DNA of 64,000 nt. Source: an uncultured Methylococcales bacterium. GTDB lineage: Bacteria; Pseudomonadota; Gammaproteobacteria; Methylococcales; G963664935. The notes under the pieces were generated by a model. It was not told the DNA's origin and made no database searches. It was given only the letters and a program-made list of their open reading frames with translations. Below are positions 54,258 through 62,534 of this stretch, piece after piece (the stretch's first letter is position 1; each line of letters starts with the position of its first letter). The stretch is from contig CAZZET010000003.1 in assembly GCA_964653275.1 (NCBI GenBank), forward strand, positions 8,218-72,217. The letters run 5' to 3'. The position numbers and the translations under genes were made by a program.

Positions 54258-55249
54258 CACAGGTGAAACTTCCTTCTCAAATAGAATATGCATAGAACCG
54301 CTGATAACCCCAGTGCTCCTGCAAGGGGCCAGATATACAATGCTTTTCTTGGTCGGAAATATTGCTGATCTTTTTCAATCGGCTCTAATTGATCAAGCAA
54401 GTTGTAAATTTCGGATAATTCTTGAGCATCCCGGGCCCGAAAATAGCGTCCTCCTGTTTGGTCGGCAATTGCCCTCAACGTATCTTCATCTAAATCCCGG
54501 GAAGGATTTACCCTTCGATTACCGAAAAAACTGCGCACTATCATTTCGTCAGCGCCTATACCGACTGTATAAATTTTCAATCCTTCACCAGCAGCCAAAT
54601 CTGCGGCTTTCAAGGGTGTTACTGCACCAGCAGTATTGGCACCATCGGTCAACAAAATCAAAACCTTTTGCCCCGCCAAATTATTTCGAAGTCGTTTAAC
54701 TGCTAGTCCAATGGCATCACCGATCGCTGTACTCTCACCTGCCATCCCAATAAATGCCTCATCCAACAATACCTGCACTGTTTTTCGATCAAACGTCAAA
54801 GGCACTTGCAAATAGGCATTGTCACCGAAAAGAATCAATCCCAACCGATCACCATCCCGTTTTTCAATAAATCCAGAACCTACCCATTTGGTAGCCGTTA
54901 GCCGATCGACTTGCTGGCCTTGAACAAAAAAATCCTTTTCTTTCATGCTACCGGAAAGATCAACCGCTATCATTAAGTCCCGCCCACTAACAGCTTGAGG
55001 AATAGGATCCCCTATCCACTGCGGGCGTGCACTAGCCATTACCAATAAACACCAAGAAACTATCGCCACCCAGAGCACCCATTTCGTTATTGTCGTGCTT
55101 TGACCTGAACCTTCTAGAGCTTCAAGGCTTTTTAGAAACGGCACCCGTAAAGCAGCATTCTGATGCGGCTGTACCGGCACTAGAAAATGCCTAATCAGTA
55201 TGGGAACCGGAAGTAAAACTAAAACCAGCGGCCATTCAAACTGAATCAT
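54257..55249 (-). CDS. VWA domain membrane protein (BatA-like)
   Basis: The likely start is the ATG at 55249 (MIQFEWPLVLVLLP), in an ATGA overlap with the upstream stop. It has two N-terminal TM helices, the MIDAS motif AVDLSGSM and a C-terminal TM helix. Confidence 0.78.
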   Translation of the reverse strand: MIQFEWPLVLVLLPVPILIRHFLVPVQPHQNAALRVPFLKSLEALEGSGQSTTITKWVLWVAIVSWCLLVMASARPQWIGDPIPQAVSGRDLMIAVDLSGSMKEKDFFVQGQQVDRLTATKWVGSGFIEKRDGDRLGLILFGDNAYLQVPLTFDRKTVQVLLDEAFIGMAGESTAIGDAIGLAVKRLRNNLAGQKVLILLTDGANTAGAVTPLKAADLAAGEGLKIYTVGIGADEMIVRSFFGNRRVNPSRDLDEDTLRAIADQTGGRYFRARDAQELSEIYNLLDQLEPIEKDQQYFRPRKALYIWPLAGALGLSAVLCIFYLRRKFHL

Positions 55250-55716
55250 CTGACACTGGCTGGCAGAGATTTGACCCACTCTTCACAAAGTTCAAACAAA
55301 GCCTGTAAATCATCATTCACATTCTTTCTATAGGGCGCTTCCAACAAAATTGTTCCCACACCTTCTGAAAATCTTCCATCCTTCAATTGACCATCAAGAA
55401 AATCGAGCCAATCTCGACCACATAGGCTCGCAGTTTGTTGCCTTGGGAAAATACTGATACATGCACGCCGTAGCAATGCCGATAACAATTCTATACGTTG
55501 TTGCGATGTGAGATTACAATTCGTTTTCAATGCCTTAAATGCCCGAAGGGTCTCTCTTCTGGCAGCATAACGCTTAAAACGACTCCACCACCACACGGCA
55601 CAAATGCTTAAAGAAATACTTAGAAACATCAAAATCCACCATCCCGGTGCCATAGGCCACCAACCGATCGGATCGGGTAAATGAATATCCTTTAAGGGAA
55701 GTTGAGCGCTTTCCAT
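55246..55716 (-). CDS. DUF4381-like membrane protein
   Basis: 156 aa. The N-terminus LKDIHLPDPIGWWPMAPGWW plus one TM helix is typical of DUF4381. It occupies the position between DUF58 and BatA. Confidence 0.65.
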   Translation of the reverse strand: MESAQLPLKDIHLPDPIGWWPMAPGWWILMFLSISLSICAVWWWSRFKRYAARRETLRAFKALKTNCNLTSQQRIELLSALLRRACISIFPRQQTASLCGRDWLDFLDGQLKDGRFSEGVGTILLEAPYRKNVNDDLQALFELCEEWVKSLPASVR

Positions 55717-56708
55717 TAGACGAGTTCGTACTTGGTAGCAACACTAGATTGCAAAACGTCTACCGGATCGTCGACAGTAGAAACCATGACAAACCGCATC
55801 CTAAATCGCAATGCTAATGTTTTTATATAGTCGGTATGTTTTCGAAACATCTGTTCAAAATTTTCAGTTGCCAGACGATCCGAGGTATTTACGGTAATAT
55901 CATGCTGTCCATCACTAAACCGGAAACGTCCTTCGGTAGGAAGGCGTATCTCCATAGGGTCGAAAATCAACATCAAAATAACATCACAATGCTTAGCGAG
56001 ATGCATCAAATGAAATTCACAGGACGGGTCAAGTTGTCGAAAGTCGCTGACCAGCACGATTGAACTACCGGGTCGCGAATGCCGAATCAAACGAATCAAG
56101 ACTGATTCCAAAGCATTCCCTTGATTCGTTTCCTGTAACTGAGGGTGGGTTTGGTCCGAAATTACAGATGGATCACTCAAGTTCACAAGCTCGGTCAAAA
56201 AATGCAATACCGCCCGTTTATCATTTTGTGGTTTAATCTCTCGGTGGGTAGTGTCGCCAAAAATTTGACCACCGACACGATCGCCATTCTGATGTGCTTT
56301 CCATGCCAACAAAGCCGCTAATTTACAGGCTTGAACCGATTTAAAAACGCCACGGGTTGCAAAAAACATCGGTTCACGCAAATCGATGCCTAATAAAATC
56401 GGCCGCTCCCTTTCCTCGCGAAACAATTTGGTATGGGCTTTACCGGTCCGCGCAGTAACCCGCCAATCCATACGACGAACATCATCGCCAGGCATATAAG
56501 GTCGAACTTCATCGAACTCCATTCCCCGACCCTTTACACTTGAGATATAACCTGCACCTTGATCCGACCGAATCGGACCTTTCCACAATGACACACTTGA
56601 AGCTACTTGGTTCAAAGAAATCAAAAATGGCAGAGTGAGACGAACAATCTCATCGTACTCGGGCTGTTTTGCTAAGGATGTATTACTTAACACTTTTTTA
56701 AACGCCAA
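55716..56708 (-). CDS. DUF58 family protein (MoxR-associated, VWA-like)
   Basis: 330 aa with a non-ATG start (TTG at 56708; position uncertain). The DUF58 core is GRGMEFDEVRPYMPGDDVRRMDWRVTART. It lies downstream of moxR. Confidence 0.8.
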   Translation of the reverse strand: MAFKKVLSNTSLAKQPEYDEIVRLTLPFLISLNQVASSVSLWKGPIRSDQGAGYISSVKGRGMEFDEVRPYMPGDDVRRMDWRVTARTGKAHTKLFREERERPILLGIDLREPMFFATRGVFKSVQACKLAALLAWKAHQNGDRVGGQIFGDTTHREIKPQNDKRAVLHFLTELVNLSDPSVISDQTHPQLQETNQGNALESVLIRLIRHSRPGSSIVLVSDFRQLDPSCEFHLMHLAKHCDVILMLIFDPMEIRLPTEGRFRFSDGQHDITVNTSDRLATENFEQMFRKHTDYIKTLALRFRMRFVMVSTVDDPVDVLQSSVATKYELV

Positions 56709-56764
56709 ATAGAATCGGGGGAATTCTTGTACAGCTTCCTAAAATATTGGCTAAAGGTTATTAA

Positions 56765-57769
56765 TTAAGGGACGGCAATCTGAGCAATAAGTTCACGGAT
56801 AAACTGTTCGACTGTAATGCCCTCGGCCTCTGCCTGGTATGACAAAATTATCCGGTGACGCAACACATCATAAGCCATTGACTGAATATCTTCGGGCGTT
56901 ACAAAATCCCGACCAGCCAGCCATGCCCTAGCTTTTGAACACCGATCCAAAGCGATTGTCGCCCTAGGACTGGCGCCATATTCCAACCACTGGGCGAGCT
57001 TATCACTGTAAACACCTGGATTACGTGTGGCAAGGACCAACTGAACCAAATATTCTTCTAGATTTTCGGCGATGTACAAATTCAGCACCTCAGTTCTTGC
57101 GCCAAACAACATTTCCTGGGTGATTTGACGAAATTCAAATTCCTGATGGATGATCTGCTGGCGGGCTTCCGAACGTGCCAGTTGTAAAATAGCTTTTTCA
57201 TGCTCAGCCTGTGGATAGTCGATTTTGACATGAAGTAAAAACCGATCCAACTGTGCTTCTGGAAGCGGATATGTCCCCTCCTGTTCAATAGGATTTTGAG
57301 TCGCCATCACCAAAAATAATTCGGGAAGATTATAGGTCGTTTTGGCCACAGTAATCTGGCGCTCGGCCATCGCTTCTAGCAGTGCTGCCTGAACCTTCGC
57401 AGGAGAACGGTTAATTTCATCGGCTAAGATAAGATTGTGGAATAAAGGGCCTTGCTGAAATTTAAAAGATCCATCCTGAGGTCGATAGATCTCTGTACCC
57501 GTCAAATCCGCTGGCAACAAATCAGGTGTAAACTGCACCCGATGAAAATCGCCTTCAACCCCCCGGCTAAGTACGTTAATTGCACGAGTTTTAGCAAGCC
57601 CTGGAGCGCCTTCAACAAGCAGATGACCATCCGCGAGTAAGGCTATCAGCATACGATCAACAAGGATTTCCTGTCCAATCACCTGTTTGCTAATATAGCT
57701 TCTCAACCGATAAATTTCAGCTTGAGCGTTGGTTGGTTTGTCTATCACTGTAACGGCTGTTTCCTGCAT
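56765..57769 (-). CDS. MoxR-family AAA+ ATPase
   Basis: 334 aa. It has the Walker A motif GAPGLAKT, the Walker B motif LILADEINR and the motif TQNPIEQEGTYPLPEAQLDRF. Confidence 0.92.
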   Translation of the reverse strand: MQETAVTVIDKPTNAQAEIYRLRSYISKQVIGQEILVDRMLIALLADGHLLVEGAPGLAKTRAINVLSRGVEGDFHRVQFTPDLLPADLTGTEIYRPQDGSFKFQQGPLFHNLILADEINRSPAKVQAALLEAMAERQITVAKTTYNLPELFLVMATQNPIEQEGTYPLPEAQLDRFLLHVKIDYPQAEHEKAILQLARSEARQQIIHQEFEFRQITQEMLFGARTEVLNLYIAENLEEYLVQLVLATRNPGVYSDKLAQWLEYGASPRATIALDRCSKARAWLAGRDFVTPEDIQSMAYDVLRHRIILSYQAEAEGITVEQFIRELIAQIAVP

Positions 57770-58215
57770 TTTTTACCTTGATGTAATTTAAAATTCGTTA
57801 CCCCTGTACAGGTCAACGCTACTTCGTCCCATGAAAACGTCAAAAAATCCGTGCCTTTAACTAAAAATTGCACCTATCCGTTTTTGAATACAATACACAG
57901 GCAAGTTAAGCATCTACCCGAACTGGTGGTAAATAGTTACAATCGTTCGAAATATCCAGATAATAGCATAACTTTTCGTGGCGTAAGACTCAGTCGATTC
58001 CCCCAAAGTTCATTGCGTTCTACTACTTTCTTAATTGTATCCAGATGCTTTCAATACGAATCAAACATATTTCGCAACGTGGGCTCCCTTTTATGTTGGT
58101 ACATTCTTGGGGTCAATGTGCTGAAATTCAACCGCTCCACGTGTATTTTACTCCTTTATTCAATCACTAGAACGAAATAGGATGCGGTTTTAGCTATTGT
58201 TCAACGAGGATTGAA

Positions 58216-59190
58216 ATGAATCATTTTGACCGAATTTTTTTCCTTCGAAATTTGCTTGCTCAAAGGCACATCCCGATACCGCTATCGGAAATAGAAAAGA
58301 AACTCGAATGCTCGAGAGCGACAGCCAATCGCACTATTAAGGCATTGCGCGACACTTTAAATGCGCCGCTAGTGTATGACAGAGATCAAAACGGATATTA
58401 CTTCGCTAAAGGTGACGTAAGTAATATTCATTTCGAATTACCAGGCCTGTGGCTGAACGCCTCTGAGTTGCACGCGTTGCTGGTATCGGATCAATTACTC
58501 AGCGAAGTACAGCCGGGTTTATTAAAGGGTCATATCAAGCCGTTACGGTCGCGCATCGAAAAACTTCTCGAGAAAGGACGTTTTAGTAGCGAAATTCCAA
58601 AACATCGAATTCGGATACTGCGAACGGCATCCAGGCCCGCCAATCGGGAGGTGTTCTGCGAGATTTCCACCGCACTCCTAGGCCGAAAGCGTCTCCATAT
58701 CCTCTATCACGACCGCACCAGGGATAGAACTACAGAGCGCGACCTATCGCCACAACGCATTGTCTACTACCGAGATAATTGGTATCTGGATGCCTGGTGC
58801 CACCTACGCCAGGGATTACGCACGTTTTCACTCGATCGGATACACCCAGTTTATGTTGATGAACAAGACGCTATCAATATTGCGAAAGAAGAACTCGACA
58901 CATTATTGACAAAAACCTACGGCATCTTTTCCGGAACCCCGAAACATACCGCCGTGCTCCACTTTTCCCCCGACGCCGCGAAATGGGTCGCGGATGAATA
59001 CTGGCATCCCAGGCAACAGGGACGAATTCTCAAAAATGGCGGTTATGAGCTGAAAATTCCCTACGGCAATCCAACCGAACTAATTAGGGATATTCTCAAG
59101 TATGGTCCGGATGTGGAAGTGGTTCGGCCGAAAAGTCTTCGGCAGGCTGTTTTGGCTAAGTTGGGTGAGATGGTTAAGGTTTATGGGTGA
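58216..59190 (+). CDS. HTH-WYL-WCX transcriptional regulator adjacent to cas genes
   Basis: 324 aa. It has an N-terminal wHTH (LSEIEKKLECSRATANRTIKALRD), a WYL domain (LHILYHDRTRDRTTERDLSPQRIVYYRDNWYLDAWCH) and a C-terminal extension. It lies 74 nt upstream of cas3. Confidence 0.85.
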   Translation: MNHFDRIFFLRNLLAQRHIPIPLSEIEKKLECSRATANRTIKALRDTLNAPLVYDRDQNGYYFAKGDVSNIHFELPGLWLNASELHALLVSDQLLSEVQPGLLKGHIKPLRSRIEKLLEKGRFSSEIPKHRIRILRTASRPANREVFCEISTALLGRKRLHILYHDRTRDRTTERDLSPQRIVYYRDNWYLDAWCHLRQGLRTFSLDRIHPVYVDEQDAINIAKEELDTLLTKTYGIFSGTPKHTAVLHFSPDAAKWVADEYWHPRQQGRILKNGGYELKIPYGNPTELIRDILKYGPDVEVVRPKSLRQAVLAKLGEMVKVYG

Positions 59191-59264
59191 AAATATTTTT
59201 GGGAGGCTCATGGTTTGAGCCTGTGGAGGGGTATTGTGGTGTTGGGCCAGGTTAAAACCATTGG

Positions 59265-61781
59265 ATGGAAATTTGTAGAGTAGTTGTGGATATTACATTA
59301 AAAAAATATATAGCGCATGTCAGGGAAACCGACAAAGAAGAACAGAGTCTGAAAAAACACCTGATCGGTGTCGGAAACTCATCGCAATTATTCGCCTCGA
59401 AACTGGGCTTAGGAGGCTATGGAAAACTCATTGGACTTCTACACGATTTTGGAAAATACAGTAAGGAATTTCAAGACTACTTAAATTCAGCAGTTGGAAA
59501 AATTAATCCTGACGAAGATGATTATGTCGATGTAGTCGGGAAAAAAGGCAAGATAGACCATTCTACGGCCGGTGCCCAATATATCTGGAATATTCTCGGA
59601 AAAAAAGGAAATGCAGCAAGGATGGTAGGACAAATACTATCTTTATGCATCGCCTCGCATCACTCAGGATTGATTGATTGTATTACCCCAGATGGAAAAG
59701 ACAATTTCTTACGAAGGATGAAAAAGCCTGAAGAAAAGGCTCATTTAGAGGAGGCCAAATCGTCGGCGGATACTGAAATCCTGTCGGTAACAAATCAAAT
59801 ATTACGAGACAGCGATCTGATAGAAGTTTTGATCCAAAGGATCAAGCAAATTAGTGAAAATTCGAAATCCAGCAAAACTATTTTATATTTCCAGCTTGGT
59901 TTACTGGTTCGTTACTTGTTTAGTTGCCTGATTGACGCAGATAGACTGGACACCGCGAATTTTGAATCTCCACAAAACGCACGTCTAAGACAGTCAGGGC
60001 AATATATCGATTGGGAAAAACTAATAGAACGGTTAGATAGAAAGTTGAATTCATTTGACAAAAAACCGGGGATCGGAGAAATCCGGGCACGTATATCAGC
60101 TCAATGCCTGAAAAAATCAAAGGAAGATAAAGGACTATTCACACTGACAGTACCGACGGGAGGCGGCAAAACGCTGTCAAGCCTTCGGTTTGCGCTCCAT
60201 CACGCACAAGAACACAGGATGGAACGCATTATTTACGTCATCCCATATACCTCAATTATCGACCAGAATGCCGAAGAACTCCGCAAAATCCTTGAGACAG
60301 GTACTGATGATGCCGGTTCAATCGTGTTGGAATACCACTCCAACATTGTGTTTGAAGCGAAAAAGTCGCAATGGCGTGAAAAGCTGTTAGCAGAAAACTG
60401 GGATGCGCCGGTAATTTTCACCACCAGCGTTCAGTTCCTTGAATGCCTGTTTGGTGGGGGCACACGGAACACCCGGCGCATGCACCAACTGGCAAACTCC
60501 GTCATCATATTCGATGAAATTCAGACTTTGCCGATTCGTACCATTCATATGTTCAACAATGCCATTAGTTTTCTAACCGATACCTGCGGTTCAAGCTTCG
60601 TGCTTTGTACAGCGACCCAACCTCTTTTAAATCAGGTTGATTTGAAGAAAGGAAATTTGTCGATACCCGCCCAAAACGAACTCATGGATGACACCACACC
60701 GCTATTCGCGGAATTAAAGCGTGTCGAAATCGTCGATAAAACCAGACCAAACAATAGATGGAGTGATCTCGAAATTGCTGAATTGGCATTGAAGGAAATC
60801 AATTTGAATGGCAGTTGTTTAATAATCGTCAACACAAAATCTACAGCGAAAAGTATTTATGAACAGTGTAAATCTCTAGTTGAAGAATCGACAAAGATTC
60901 AAAACGATAACTTTTTTCATCTAAGCACCAATATGTGCGCGGTACATAGATCCGATAGATTCAAAAATATTAAAGCAAATCTGGGAAAAACTCCTGTGCT
61001 TTGCGTCAGTACGCAACTGATTGAAGCAGGCGTGGATATTGATTTTGATTGTGTCATCCGTTCTATAGCCGGTATGGACTCGATTGCCCAGGCCGCAGGA
61101 CGCTGTAACCGTAATGGCACGCAGAAATTGGGACAAGTTTACATCGTCAATCCCAAATCGGAATACATCAAAATGCTGCCCGATATTGCTATTGGTAAAA
61201 CGATATCCGAACGGATTTTCAGAGAGTTCAATTCAAACCCTGAATCTCTGGGTGGAGATTTACTGCACCCCAAAGTCATGAAACGCTATTTCCAGTATTA
61301 TTTCTTCGACCGAAAAGACGAAATGAGTTATTCGATTGGCGACAAGCAGGGGCTAGCGGAGGATAATTTATTGAATATGCTGTCAGAAAACACTAACGGT
61401 TGTTCCGAATACAGGAGGAAGAACGGAAATCAATTTCCAGTAAGCCCGTTGCGGCAATCGTTTATGTCTGCCAACAAAACATTTGAAGTGATCGGTGCGG
61501 GTACCCAAGGAATAATCGTTCCCTACGGTGCAGGAGGAAGGGACATAATTAATGAGTTGTGTAGCGCTTTTGATATTCAAAAAGACTACAAGCTTCTGAA
61601 GAAAGCTCAACTCTATACAGTAAATGTTTATCCCAACATGATTCAAAAGCTCAACCAAGCCGATGCCATCGTTGAAGCACAGTCAGATTCCGGCATTTAT
61701 TTTCTAAGGGAAGAATATTACAGTGAAGAATTTGGCATTTCAGAGCGGTTGATTCAGAAGATGGAATTTTTAAACTTTTGA
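59265..61781 (+). CDS. cas3: CRISPR-associated nuclease/helicase Cas3 (HD domain fused to SF2 helicase)
   Basis: 838 aa. HD-nuclease motifs are LLHDFGKYSKEF, ASHHSGL and DADRLD. Helicase motifs are PTGGGKT (motif I), IFDEIQ (motif II), CTAT and GRCNR (motif VI). The start could also be the GTG at 59286. Confidence 0.92.
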   Translation: MEICRVVVDITLKKYIAHVRETDKEEQSLKKHLIGVGNSSQLFASKLGLGGYGKLIGLLHDFGKYSKEFQDYLNSAVGKINPDEDDYVDVVGKKGKIDHSTAGAQYIWNILGKKGNAARMVGQILSLCIASHHSGLIDCITPDGKDNFLRRMKKPEEKAHLEEAKSSADTEILSVTNQILRDSDLIEVLIQRIKQISENSKSSKTILYFQLGLLVRYLFSCLIDADRLDTANFESPQNARLRQSGQYIDWEKLIERLDRKLNSFDKKPGIGEIRARISAQCLKKSKEDKGLFTLTVPTGGGKTLSSLRFALHHAQEHRMERIIYVIPYTSIIDQNAEELRKILETGTDDAGSIVLEYHSNIVFEAKKSQWREKLLAENWDAPVIFTTSVQFLECLFGGGTRNTRRMHQLANSVIIFDEIQTLPIRTIHMFNNAISFLTDTCGSSFVLCTATQPLLNQVDLKKGNLSIPAQNELMDDTTPLFAELKRVEIVDKTRPNNRWSDLEIAELALKEINLNGSCLIIVNTKSTAKSIYEQCKSLVEESTKIQNDNFFHLSTNMCAVHRSDRFKNIKANLGKTPVLCVSTQLIEAGVDIDFDCVIRSIAGMDSIAQAAGRCNRNGTQKLGQVYIVNPKSEYIKMLPDIAIGKTISERIFREFNSNPESLGGDLLHPKVMKRYFQYYFFDRKDEMSYSIGDKQGLAEDNLLNMLSENTNGCSEYRRKNGNQFPVSPLRQSFMSANKTFEVIGAGTQGIIVPYGAGGRDIINELCSAFDIQKDYKLLKKAQLYTVNVYPNMIQKLNQADAIVEAQSDSGIYFLREEYYSEEFGISERLIQKMEFLNF

Positions 61782-61790
61782 GGTGCCTCC

Positions 61791-62534
61791 ATGAATCACT
61801 CAACACCTAAAAATTGTATCGAGTTTAAAGTTTGGGGTCGTTATGCGCTAATTACCGATCCCTTAACGAAACTCGGGGGCGAGAAATTTTCCTACCACAT
61901 ACCCACCTATGAAGCATTAAAAGGTATCTGCAAGTCAATTTACTGGAAGCCGACATTTGTATGGGTAGTCGACAAAGTACGGATTATAAAACCATTTCGT
62001 ACACAATCAAAAGGAATAAAGCCAATTAAACTCGGTGGAGGAAACGATTTGTCCATTTATACCTTTCTTTCTCATGTGGAATATCAGGTACAAGCACATT
62101 TTGAATGGAACAAGCACCGCCCAGAATTGGTTCGGGACCGAATCGATGGTAAACATTTCGAAATAGCAAAGCGGTCGTTAGAACGGGGTGGTAGGCAGGA
62201 CATATTCCTCGGGACGAGAGATTGTCAGGGCTATGTGGAACCTTGTCGTTTCGGGGAAGGGAAAAGCGCTTTCGATGATACTCCCGAATTGGCTTATGAC
62301 TTAATGTTCCATAGTTTCCAATACCCGGATGAAATCGGGGAAGACAAGTTTTATTCTTGCCATTGGCGGCCAATAATGAAGAAAGGAATTATTGATTTTC
62401 CATCCTCAGATAAATTCCCTAACCCAGAAATAGGGTTATTTCGGAAATTCATTCGAGGTATGACACCTAAGGTATTCGACGAAAGTCAGAATATTAAGGG
62501 TGTGGGCGTGGAATATGGGGAGGTCATGAAATGA
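61791..62534 (+). CDS. cas5: Type I-C CRISPR-associated protein Cas5c (Cas5d)
   Basis: 247 aa. The N-terminus IEFKVWGRYALITDP...FSYHIPTYEALKGICKSIYWKP and the later FLGTRDCQGYVEP are characteristic of Cas5d. It lies between cas3 and cas8c. Confidence 0.88.
   Translation: MNHSTPKNCIEFKVWGRYALITDPLTKLGGEKFSYHIPTYEALKGICKSIYWKPTFVWVVDKVRIIKPFRTQSKGIKPIKLGGGNDLSIYTFLSHVEYQVQAHFEWNKHRPELVRDRIDGKHFEIAKRSLERGGRQDIFLGTRDCQGYVEPCRFGEGKSAFDDTPELAYDLMFHSFQYPDEIGEDKFYSCHWRPIMKKGIIDFPSSDKFPNPEIGLFRKFIRGMTPKVFDESQNIKGVGVEYGEVMK

Noticed and set aside
57851-58180. 109-aa GTG-initiated ORF in the moxR/WYL intergenic region.
   Set aside because: It has no SD. The predicted protein is R/S/L/C/N-rich and unlike real proteins, and it resembles no family I know. 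I kept only the observation that the region is unusually long.
58205-58215. GAGGATTGAAA immediately before the WYL gene ATG resembles the 3' handle (..ATTGAAAC) of type I-C CRISPR repeats.
   Set aside because: It is a single copy with no upstream repeat stem or spacer periodicity. The GAGGA is most simply the Shine-Dalgarno sequence of the WYL gene.
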